Positions 40,534 through 50,205 of a stretch of 64,000 nt of DNA are shown here, one piece after another. Made by a program: the position numbers and the translations under genes. Position 1 is the first letter of the stretch; every line of letters starts with the position of its first letter. This DNA comes from Octopus vulgaris (Eukaryota), in contig OX597814.1 in assembly GCA_951406725.2 (NCBI GenBank), forward strand, positions 191,518,001 through 191,582,000, in the 5' to 3' direction. The notes below the pieces were generated by a model. The model was not told where the DNA came from, ran no database searches, and saw nothing but the letters and a program-made list of their open reading frames with translations.

Positions 40534-40714
40534 CCATGCATACACAGACACAAGCAGGTTATTATCCTTGAGTGAGGTTTTATCAAACATCTAACCGACA
40601 CATGACAAGTGTACTTTTTACATATTTTTAGAATGTCTAAATGAGTTGATCTTCTGTCTTGTATTTATGAGGACCATTTTTGTTTAATTCAACATTCTTG
40701 AAATCAATACACAC

Positions 40715-40763
<49 letters not shown>

Positions 40764-41716
40764 TGCATGCATCAAGTCAACAAGAGCAATGAAGAAATGT
40801 TGAAATGAAGGTACAGAGAAGAGTTTATTTCATTTACCTCTGATATGTACTATTTGCATAAAAGAAGACTAATTGTCTCTACAGTTATCTGGTTCAAATG
40901 TTAAAAAGTGTATGGCGCGCACACATAAAAATACAGAAGAAATATAGACATACACAGACATACACATACATATATATATATATACTAGCAGTATCGCCCG
41001 GCGTTGCTCAGGTTTGTAAGGGAAATAACTTGTCGGATTTATCGATTTTTTTCAGAACTGGGGGAACTTTTCAAAATTTTCGCTGCGTTAGTTATGAATT
41101 ATGACATTGGGCTATGTGTATGTCAAGTTTCATCAGAATCGGTTGAAAGCCGTGGTCAGGGTGAAGGTACAAGCAAACAGACACACAGAAACACGCACAG
41201 ACAAACTGCCGTTTATATATAGAGAGATATATATACACACACACACACAATAGTACAGATATAAATACACATATGCCTCAAGTCAAACTAAGAGTAAGTA
41301 GTATCCTGTGACCGAGTCCTATGTTAATTTTTCAAAGGTTACATTGTGTCTTTTGTTTTGCAAGTAACAACAAATGCCATTTACCATTGATATTCTTACT
41401 TATAAGAACAGGAGGGCGTCTGAGAGACTTTGGATGCCTGATATCCTGAGACCATGAAATTTTTGTCTGTCTATCTATCTATCTATCTATCTATCTCTAC
41501 TCTTTTACTCTTACTTGTTTCAGTCATTTGACTGTGGCCATGCTGGAGCACCACCTTTAGTCGAGCAAATTGACCCCCAGGACTTATTCTTTGTAAGCCT
41601 AGTACTTATTCTATTGGTCACTTTTGTTGAACCGCTAAGTTACGGGGACATAAACACACCAGCATCCGTTGACAAGCGATGTTGGAGGGACAAATACAGA
41701 CACACATACATACACA

Positions 41717-41760
<44 letters not shown>

Positions 41761-44700
41761 TGCGACAGGCTTCTTTCAGTTTCCGTCTACCAAATCTACT
41801 CACAAGGCTTTGGTCAGCCTGAGGCTATAGTAGAAGACACTTGCCCAAGGTGCCATGCAGTGGGACTGAACCCAGAACCATGTGGTTGGTAAGCAAGCTA
41901 CTTACTACACAGCCACTCCTACACCTATCTATCTATTCATTATCATCATTTAACATCTGTTTTCCATGCTGGCATGGATTGGACGGTTTGACAGGAGCTG
42001 GCAAACCAGAGAACTGTGCCAGGCTTCAATGTCTGCCATGATCTTTACAGCTGGAGGGCCTTCCTAATTCCAGCCACTTTACAGAGTGTATTGGGTTCCT
42101 TTTATGTGTCACAGCACCAGCAAGGTCAGAAAGTAAATCACTGAAGGATAGTGGTATTGAGAGAGGGGGTTTTATACCAGGTGATGAAAGGCTAACGTAT
42201 GATAGGTCAACAACAACAAGAGGTGTTGTGCTGTGGAAGAGAGGGGATAATACATGGCTACCTTGCATTATATAAGGAGGAGTGGGAGTAGATGGAAAGA
42301 AAGATAAAGATGGTACTCTTGAGGTTTTGGAGCAGATTCTCAACATACAAGGTGAGGGGAGGAGGGAATAGAGATAGAGACAGGTTCAGATCATGACAAG
42401 ACAGAGAAAATTGTAATCGCATATATGGGACTAAAACCAAGTTAATGTTGCACATTGGAGCAGCTAGGCGTGAGCATCCATTTATCATCAACAGGCTGTG
42501 CCAATTCTCTTCCTTTCGGATGCAGAAAACAGAATATTATACAACCTGAAAGCACCACTACATCAACTGTTGCAAAGCAATAGCTGCAGAAAAAAACAAA
42601 AAACATATTGACCTCTTTTGTCAAACTGCTAAGTTATGGGGATGTAAACACACCAATACCAGTTGTCAAGCAAGGGTGAGGGACAAACACAGGCAGAAAG
42701 ACACACACGTGCGGACGTTAAACGATGATGATGATGATGATGATGATATGGTACGTAAAAGCACCATCCAAACGTGGTCGATGCCAATGTCCCCTGACTG
42801 GCTCCGAAGCTGGTGGCATGTAAAAAGCACTATCCAAACATGATCGGTACAAGAGCTGCCTGACTGGCTCTCATGCTGGCGGCACGTAAAAAGCACCCAC
42901 TACACTCTTGGAGTGGTTGGCATCAGGAAGGGCAACCACCCATAGAAACATTGCCAGATCAGATTGGAGCCTGGTGCAGCTGCTGGCTTTCCAGACCTCA
43001 GTCAAACCGTCCAACCTATGCCAGCATGGAAAACGGACGTTAAATGATTGATAGATAGGATAAATAACGAGCTTCTTTCAGTTTCTGTCTATGAAATCTA
43101 CTTGCAAGGCTTAGGTTGGCGCGAGGCATAGAAGATACTTGCCCAAGGTGCCATGCAGTGGGACTGAACTTGGAACCATGTGGTTGGGAAGCAAGCTTCT
43201 TACCAAACAGTCATTCCTGCACAGATATGTGTGCAGTAATCGTGTTGTTTCTGAAAAGGACCCTATAGTTATGATGTCATCGGAAGGTGTTTTTTGAGGT
43301 TTTTGTTTATGGACTCAATGCAGTTTGGACAGGGTGTTTGGGCTACCTGTGATTTGGTGTGAGATGTCTAGGTTGCATATGGATGACACTTGGGTATGGA
43401 ACGCTGGGAGACATGCAAGATTTGGTTAGTTGAAGGCGGAGAGCTGGCAGAAACGTTAGCACGACGGGTGAAATGCTTAGCGGTATTGCATCTGCAGCTA
43501 CGTTCTGAGTTCAAAATCCGCGAGGTCGACTTTGCCTTTCATCCTTTCGGGGTCAATTAAATAAATACCAGTTACGCACCGGGGTCGATATAATCGACTT
43601 AATCCGTTTGTCTGTCCTTGTTTGCCCTCTATGTGTTTAGCCCCTTGTGGGTATTAAAGAAATAGGTATTGCATCTGCAGCTACGTTCTGAGATCAAAAT
43701 CCCTTTCAGGGTCGATTAAATAAGTACCAGTTACGCACCGGGGTCGATATAATCGACTTAATCCGTTTGTCTGTCCTTGTTTGCCCTCTCTCTGTGTTTA
43801 GCCCCTTATGGGTAGTAAAGAAATAGGTATCATTTGGTTAGTGTTAGAGGTAACAAGAAGTAAGTTATTAATGCAGGAGAGAAAGTATTTTTGGCAGAGG
43901 CGGAACAGCGTCATCCATGTATGATCTACAAAACACCCATGGATGAGGCTATTCCAAAACTTTATCGAGACAAAATATTGGTTTCAAATGCCGCTAAGCA
44001 TTTTGCCTAGCACGATAACGATTCTGCAAGCTGGCCGCGTTATCGAAACAAAATGTTGAATTCAAATTTTGACATAAGGCCAGTACATCAACCCTAGTTT
44101 TTAACTGGTAGTTATTTTACCAACCCTGAAAGGGATGAAAGGCAAAGTCGACTTCAGCAGAATTTGAACTCAGAACACGAAGACGGACGAAATGCCGCTA
44201 AGCATTTTGCCCTGTGCAGTAACTATTCTACCAGTTCACTAACTTATCGAGACAAAATAGTGGAAAACATTTAGTCCGGTACTTCAAACGTGTCGGTTAT
44301 TCCTTGCTGTTACAAATATACCTACTGCTACAATCATATTAAGCTAAGAATATATAAGCTCACCATGTAGTACATGTAAACAAAATACAAATACAAAACA
44401 GTTTAGATAACGAACGAAATATTATAAGTAGTTGAAACAACACATATAAAAACAATACATATACTAAGTATCACTAAACACTACAAACATATTTAAAATA
44501 GGTGTTCCTGCTGTAGAAATTAACGAAGTTCTATTCATATATTTATTAAAGTAGGTCTCCAAAAAGTGGGCGTGCTTGAATGAAATCATTAAGCAATATA
44601 GCAGTAACTATTTGTGCTCAGTCACCCGGTTATAATGTCCATTATTTTAAGAGCGCTCTATGAAAATATAACATAAAGATTATTTACAATACATTAAGAC

Positions 44701-44969
44701 TAATTATACAAAACGTCATTCGCAGTCAGGTTCTTAATTTTTTCTGTTTGGGCGTAAGAAGCATGATACGATAACATGACACTATCAACAAAACTAAAAG
44801 AGGAAGCATATCAAGAAGAATGAAAGGAGAAATAAATACCAATATTATGTGATTCGGTAAGAATTCCTTGACATGCTGATTCTACTAATGGATGAAAGCA
44901 GTCGTCAGGAACGGCATGAGTATTGCCAGCGGCAGAGAGTCCTTGGATAAGGTTTGCCGACACTTCCAT
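25233..44969 (-). CDS. COMMD3: COMM domain-containing protein 3; complement(join(25233..25352,27978..28034,29915..29975,30608..30642,34024..34087,35280..35388,44840..44969)), 576 nt = 191 aa + stop
   Basis: The spliced protein MEVSANLIQGLSAAG...EATKTDADVNSLTSLLEECNFSKDRIKTF...ENKPFLQALLANTTESLPHIVDVKWRLDYYIKSNQLERIHQPVYLLTL...LSFSCTVEQLQSLVNKLRDATRSLQRIAQV* is colinear with human COMMD3 as recalled (LPHITDVSWRLEYQIKTNQL, FSCSMEQLQDLV). GT-AG introns; phases consistent. Confidence 0.93.
27978..28034 (-). CDS. COMMD3: COMMD3 exon 6
   Basis: ttacag|AGTAAT...GAG|gtaaaa; SNQLERIHQPVYLLTLLSE. Confidence 0.93.
28386..28778 (-). mobile_element. Full-length tRNA-derived SINE family A (CORE-like CCTTGGGCAAG, internal TA/CA microsatellite). 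Other copies at 1-232, 10573-10770, 15080-15460, 24218-24597, 35472-35822, 41498-41925, 46160-46557, 51795-51955, 53003-53870, 57612-57850
   Basis: Head GGCGTAAGAGTGGCTGTGTGGTAAG...GGTTCAGTCCC (A/B boxes), tail AAACAAGTAAAAGAGTA. 13-bp TSD ATGCTCTGTGTTT at 28373 and 28779. Confidence 0.88.
29915..29975 (-). CDS. COMMD3: COMMD3 exon 5 (start of COMM domain)
   Basis: attccag|CACC...AAG|gtttgt; (N)TTESLPHIVDVKWRLDYYIK. Confidence 0.94.
30608..30642 (-). CDS. COMMD3: COMMD3 exon 4 (35 nt)
   Basis: ttttcag|GAAAAT...GCCAA|gtaagt; ENKPFLQALLA. Confidence 0.88.
31290..31475. mobile_element. hAT-like MITE remnant; similar remnants near 4350-4630 and 30045-30550
   Basis: CAGTGGTTCTCAACC-type terminus with TGGACCCC subterminal motifs. 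Confidence 0.45.
31640..31935 (+). mobile_element. tRNA(Arg-like)-derived SINE family D; related pieces at 51037-51250(-) and 56305-56507(-)
   Basis: GTGGAGGCACATGGC...GCGGACTCGCG...GGTTCGAATC head; shared body TTTGCCACAACTTTCTCTCACTCT; terminal hairpin GAGCCA..TGGCTC. Confidence 0.7.
32790..33016. mobile_element. piggyBac-like TTAA MITE, second family; inverted relative at 28342-28970 (interrupted by SINE A)
   Basis: TTAACCTTTTCGTTAC...GTAACGAAAGGGTTAA; internal sequence shared with the 28342 copy. Confidence 0.78.
33545..33884. repeat. Long imperfect inverted repeat (foldback/MITE-like) in COMMD3 intron 3
   Basis: Arms about 33545-33685 and 33711-33884 (e.g. TCCACATGTTGATGGAATGACATC / GATGTCATTCCATCAACATGTGGA). 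The ORF track shows near-identical peptides on opposite strands. Confidence 0.88.
34024..34087 (-). CDS. COMMD3: COMMD3 exon 3
   Basis: tttccag|GTCC...CAT|gtgagt; (T)SLLEECNFSKDRIKTFLEVFH. Confidence 0.92.
35280..35388 (-). CDS. COMMD3: COMMD3 exon 2
   Basis: ttttacag|GTGGT...TTAAC|gtaata; (G)GRLKKLDEDVCKEVYGCMSLLIAEATKTDADVNSL. Confidence 0.9.
36991..37251 (+). mobile_element. 3' end of a second RTE-like LINE family
   Basis: ORF end RRVQFAGHCCRAE..ISTLLLWKP...SYPDVISRDT...AMMDHEVW*, terminal hairpin TCGACCACGGTCGA and (GAT)n tail. Confidence 0.75.
39223..40454 (+). mobile_element. Full-length decayed mariner (Tc1/mariner) transposon in COMMD3 intron 1
   Basis: TIRs TTGGGTCATCCCATAAATAATGC / GCATTATAGGATGACCCAA, preceded by TA. 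Transposase from ATG 39376 has *VPHKL, VTGDEKW, QDNSQPH and an HPPYS-like motif but is broken by stops and frameshifts. Confidence 0.92.
40455..40532. repeat. (GT)n(AT)n compound microsatellite abutting the mariner right TIR
   Basis: Read directly. Confidence 0.95.
40985..41227 (-). mobile_element. Non-autonomous Helitron (type 1, internally deleted)
   Basis: Same 5' half and 3' terminus as 6237..6616; A|T insertion in (TA)n. Confidence 0.85.
44840..44969 (-). CDS. COMMD3: COMMD3 exon 1 (start codon)
   Basis: caaaacATGGAA good Kozak context; ends ATTG|gtattt; MEVSANLIQGLSAAGNTHAVPDDCFHPLVESACQGILTESHNI. Confidence 0.88.
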
Positions 44970-45250
44970 GTTTTGTATTTTGTTATACCGAAAGTGGTTT
45001 CGAGTTTAAAAGAGTTCCACTAACATCACCGACTACTCAGCTTTTATTTTAAATTAATGTATAATGTAAAATAATATATGAAATTTTAACGTAAGGTATG
45101 CATACAGTAATGTATTAAACATTAAAAAAAAATTTTCCGTGGGAAGGAAATTTTGATTATATGACTAAAATTAAAATTTTAGAATATGCATAAGTTGGGT
45201 ATGATGAATTAGACAGACCTATATGAGCGCGTGCGCACATACACACACGC
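44970..45250 (-). promoter_or_regulatory. Probable COMMD3 5'UTR/promoter
   Basis: Immediately upstream of the ATG. Lies in a zone (about 43900..45250) that visibly retains CpG, unlike the CpG-decayed gene bodies. Confidence 0.5.
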
Positions 45251-45267
45251 ACGCACGCACGCACACA

Positions 45268-45300
<33 letters not shown>

Positions 45301-45462
45301 TCTCTCACACACACACTTGCAACAGAGTGGAGTATGCATGCCTCTGTTTTGATTATTTACTGAATTGTGTTATTTTTCATAGAAATGTTCTTCTGAATTT
45401 GTATGTGTGTACAAATTCATAGTAACAGTCCAAAGGAAATTAACATACATGCTCTCTCTGTC

Positions 45463-45504
<42 letters not shown>

Positions 45505-46557
45505 ACACACACACTCACACACATGCATACTAGGGGCTTTTTCAGTTTTCATTTACTAAATCCTATGGTTGGCCTGGGGCTGTGGTAGAAAGACACTTAA
45601 CTCAAAGTGCCATTCAGTGGGACTGAACCTGAAACCATGTGGTTAGAAAGCAAAATTCTTAGCCACACAGCCACACTAACACCTCAGCCATGCCTGTACT
45701 TCAATGGTTTGCAATTACTCACATTTGCAAAATATTCTATTTCTACCCTCTGACTATACAATTTCAAGTGCAATGACTGTTTCCTGCTTCACCATGATGC
45801 AACAAAGTTACTCAACTTGATAAAAATGTCAGACAACACTACCTCAAATCATACTTTACTGTTTAAAAGGAGAAGCAACAAAATGATGGAGCACAGTATG
45901 TTAGGACTACATTATCCATTGCATCAGAAAACAACATAAGTGAGTCACTGCTAGAATCTCTGGTCAGAATTGATTTAGAGCTTAAATAATGTTCACGTAA
46001 TGTTCAGGCTATGCTGATAAAATTATAGCCCAAAGCAGTGTTGAGGGTTGGCTATATGGCTGTTGTTGCATCCTATCTATATAGTTTAGGAATAAAACAT
46101 GCAGGAATGAAAAAGAATATATAGAAATAGGTTGCATATAATATAATGAAATATTGTATACAGGGGCTGTGTGGTAAGTAGCTTGTTTACCAACCACATG
46201 GTTCCGGGTTCAGTCCCACTGTGTGGCACCCTGGGCAAGTGTCTTCTACTGTAGCCTGGAGCCGACCAAAGCCTTGTGAGTGGATTTGGTAGACGGAAAC
46301 TGAAAAGAAGCCTGTTGTATATATGTATATATATATATGCATGCACGTTTGTGTGTTTGTGTTTGTCCCCCTAGCATTGCTTGACAACCGATGCTGGTGT
46401 GTTTATGTCCCTGTTACTTAGCGGTTCGGCAAAAGAGACCGATAGAATAAGTACTGGGCTTACAAAAGGATAAGTCCCGGAGTCGAGTTGCTCGATTAAA
46501 GGCGGTGCTCCAGCATGGCCGCAGTCAAATGACTGAAACAAGTAAAAGAGTAAAGAG

Positions 46558-46633
46558 AGTGCTCAGGTGCACCACAAGTGCTCAGGTGCACCACAAGTGC
46601 TAAGGTGCACCACAAATGCTCAGGTGCACCACA
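46558..46633. repeat. 19-bp minisatellite x4 (AGTGCTCAGGTGCACCACA)
   Basis: Four tandem copies read directly; a single related copy is on the - strand near 37515-37532. Confidence 0.9.
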
Positions 46634-47142
46634 ATGGAACCAGAAAAACTGTACCACAACTATGTTCCTTTATATTTTATATTCCTCTTCCTTTACTCAA
46701 CCATCCCATTTATATTCTGATACCCGTCCCTTGCAAGCATGCCCGGCACTTTACTACCATCTCTTTCCTGCTGTCTCCCACTTTCTCTTTCTCCTCCTGC
46801 ACTGCCCTTAGCTTGGGTAACTATGTATTTCATCATCATCATCAGCGATGTTGGGGGGGACAAAAACAGACACACACACACATACATATATACATATATA
46901 CAACGGGCTTCTTTCAGTTTCTGTGAACCAAATCCAATCACAACATTTATTGGCTCGAGGCAACAGTAGAAGACATTTGCCCAAGGTGCCATGCAGTGGG
47001 ACTGAACTCAGAACCATGTGGTTGGTAAGCAAGTTATTTACCACACAGCCACTCCTATATATATATACAAAACATACATACATACATATATACACAAACA
47101 TACATACATATATACACAAACATACATACATACATATATACA

Positions 47143-47824
47143 CATCATCATCATCATCATCATCATCGTTTAGCGTCCGTTTTCCATGCTAGCATGGGTT
47201 GGACGGTTCTACTGGGGTCTGTGGCGAGGCTGGCAACGGACACGAAACAGGGCGGTGCTGGCAACGGTCGCGAAACGGAAAGTTCTCTTACATGCCACCG
47301 GCACTGGTAACACATCTGCAATTTCCATTGATGGATTTCCATTGATCGATTTCGATTCTGATTCTCACTTATAGCGGCTTACGCATATATAGCAGTCACG
47401 GCCCATGTTTCACTGCCATGTAGCATGGCTGTTCGTACACACGCATCATACAGTCTGCCTTTCACTCTGTGCGAGAGGCCTTTTGTCACCAGCAGAGGTA
47501 AGAGCTCTCTGAACTTTGCCCAAGCTATTCTTACTCTAGCAGTTCACTTTCAGCACACCCGCCCCGCTGCTGACTTGGTCACCTAGGTAACGGAAACTAT
47601 CAACTATTTCTAGTTTTTCTCCCTGGAAAGTGACGGAAGTTGGTCTCAGAGCATTTTCAGTGTTTATTGTTCCTGAGCATCTGCCACATACAAAAACCAT
47701 CTTCCTAGTTAGCCTTCCTTTGACATTGCTGCATCTCTTATGTGTCCATAGCTTACACTTGGTGCATCTTATAGAGTTTCTACCTACACCTTTTCTACAG
47801 ATCGAGCAGGGCCATCTACCTGAA
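47143..47824 (-). mobile_element. RTE-clade LINE fragment: ORF piece with a Cys-rich PHD-like insert, joined to a 3'UTR and (GAT)n tail
   Basis: SGRWPCSICRKGVGRNSIRCTKCKLWTHKRCS...FVCGRC...LEIVDSFRYLGD...AWAKFRELLPLL...LHGSETW (47377..47824), then AATCGAAATCG...CCAACCCATGCTAGCATGGAAAACGGACGCTAAACGATGATG. Confidence 0.88.
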
Positions 47825-48158
47825 ATATATATATATACATATATACGACGGGCTTCTTTCAGTTTCCGTCTACCAAATCCACTCACAAGGCTTTGGTCGG
47901 TTCGAAGCTATAGTAGAAGACACTTGCCCAAGGTGCCATGCAGTGGGACTGAACCTGGAACCATGTGGTTTGTAAGCAAGCTACTAGTAAAGATGAATGG
48001 AAGAAAATAGTTGAAATTAAGCATCTAGAAGGGAATGAAACTAAAGTGTGTAGCTGAACAAAAACATTCCAGATATGACCATCTTGTCTTATTGAAATGT
48101 ATAGGTCTATATTATCTATTGGGTTGTTTTTTACATTCAAGATGATAGCTTAGCATTT

Positions 48159-48161
<3 letters not shown>

Positions 48162-48218
<57 letters not shown>

Positions 48219-48334
48219 AAGAGAGAGAGAGAGGGAAAGAGAGAGAGAGAAAGAGAGAGAGATTTAGCTACCATCTCTAGCAGTAGAACAACCACATAGA
48301 GGCTTCTTTGTTGGCACAGTTTGACTTGTGTAAT

Positions 48335-48365
<31 letters not shown>

Positions 48366-48415
48366 TGTATGTATGTATGTATGTATGTATGTATGTATGT
48401 ATGTATGTATGTATG

Positions 48416-48473
<58 letters not shown>

Positions 48474-48493
48474 CATGCACGTGTGTGTGTATG

Positions 48494-48529
<36 letters not shown>

Positions 48530-48560
48530 TATATCACACTTGTATACATGTGTGTGTGTA
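48162..48560. repeat. (AG)n and compound (CA/GTAT/TA)n microsatellites
   Basis: Read directly. Confidence 0.95.
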
Positions 48561-48820
48561 TTGTGTGCTTAAACTGTGCTGTCTTTGTTAGTTGTAATAT
48601 TTTAATTATTAAATCATTCTGGGCTGCTCAAGACATGGCATCAAATAACACCTGCAAAATGAGAGGATATCATTTCAGTACTTCCTTAAATATTCCAAAT
48701 TCCAGCAATCTTCCTTATGTTGTAAAGGATTTCATTTCTTTTATCCTTTTCCTCCAGCAATATTTAAAACTTCTCATGTCTTGCTAAACTACAACACTCT
48801 CAACCTCTGTGGCAGGAACT

Positions 48821-49508
48821 TTTTCTTTATTTTGGCACTCAGGCCACTAACACAGAGGGGACACTACAAGGACAGATACAATACCAGAGTGGGGACAAAA
48901 AACACAAAACGAATGAGTATGAATATTATATAATGAAAGATGAATGGCTGCATGGGCCCCACTCTTCATGCAATACCTATTTCTTTATTACACACAAGGG
49001 GCTAAACACAGAGGGGACAAACAAGGACAGACATAGGTATTAAGTCGATTACATCGACCCCAGTGCGTAACTGGTACTTAATTTATCGACCCCGAAAGGA
49101 TGAAAGGCAAAGTCGACCTCGGCAGAATTTGAACCCAGAACGTAATGGCAGACGAAATACGGCTACGCATTTCGCCCGGCGTGCTAACGTTTCTGCCAGC
49201 TTGTCGCCTTATAAAGATGAATGGCTGCATGGGCCTCACTCCTCATGCAGTACCATTTGAACGTTTGTACACACAGTCACTATCTGTTGTTTTTTTCTTA
49301 ATTATCGTTTTTTTTCAAAAACATTTTCCTTTTTTTTTTTAAAAAAACAAGAAATTATTATTTTTTTTTTCCTTTTAACGTCTCATATACTGCTCAAGTT
49401 CTAACAAATCAATTATTGGTGGCAGCTCATTGAACTCCACCAACGCTCCGGCTGGGTCAATTCTACTCCCGCACATGTCACAGGTTTCCCTATTGACCAC
49501 AATGGCCT
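48821..49508 (-). mobile_element. 5'-truncated non-LTR retroelement 3' fragment (clade unassigned) containing a nested SINE B
   Basis: 15-bp TSD TCTGTGGCAG(G/T)AACT at 48806 and 49509. A short open frame runs from the junction to a stop near 49376. The 3' end ...GTGTCCCCTCTGTGTTAGTGGCCTGAGTGCCAAAATAAAGAAAA resembles the SINE B tail. Confidence 0.65.
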
Positions 49509-49810
49509 TCTGTGGCAGTAACTGTTGATTTCTTTCATGCTTCCAGAGGCAAGTGAATCATACCATCTGATCCAAGAAGTCTGTTCCAAGTTCCCTGTAT
49601 TAACTGTAGAGCCATTTTTGTTTGATAATACCTGACCATGCAGACCAGTGGTCAGAAACAGTCCAACAGTGACTATTCTGTCTTTTTAGGGGTATCTAGG
49701 ACTTCACTTCTATTTCTAAGATGATAAGGTATAATCAGAGGGAGTTTTGGTTGCTATTTCTATTTATGTGATTGAATGACCACATATATATATATATATA
49801 TATATATATA

Positions 49811-50205
49811 CTAGCAGTATCGCCCAGCGTTGCTCGGGTTTGTAAGGGAAATAACTATATAAGCATTTTTAGAGAGTTATAGCAAAAAAATAGGAAAAAA
49901 TGCATTAAAAATGGGAAAAAAATGATGGTAAAATTTTTTTTAAATCGTTGACTCATCGTAGACATTTTTAGAGAGTTACTTCCCTTATATAATAGCGAAA
50001 AAAATGCATTAAAATGGAAAAAAATGATGGTAAATTTTTTAAAAAATCGTAGACTCATCTTAGACGCGCGCTAATACCCAGGGCTCGATACGAATCACGA
50101 CTATAAGATACCCGCTTTTGGTTAAACTGCACCGCAAAATGTGGGAGTAGTTAGGAATCTAAATCGTAGGAGACAGACACACAACTTCTCTTTTATATAT
50201 AAAGA
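49811..50205 (-). mobile_element. Non-autonomous Helitron (type 2)
   Basis: 5' TCTTTATATATAAAAG, 3' CCCGAGCAACGCTGGGCGATACTGCTAG; in (TA)n. Confidence 0.85.

Noticed and set aside
45060-45105. Plus-strand donor-like AAC|GTAAGG just upstream of COMMD3, hinting at a divergent gene
   Set aside because: No downstream + strand coding exons were identified in 45100-64000; the motif alone is insufficient
48605-48670. Strong minus-strand acceptor ctctcattttgcag|GTG at 48651
   Set aside because: All frames stop within about 15 codons and no linked exon was found
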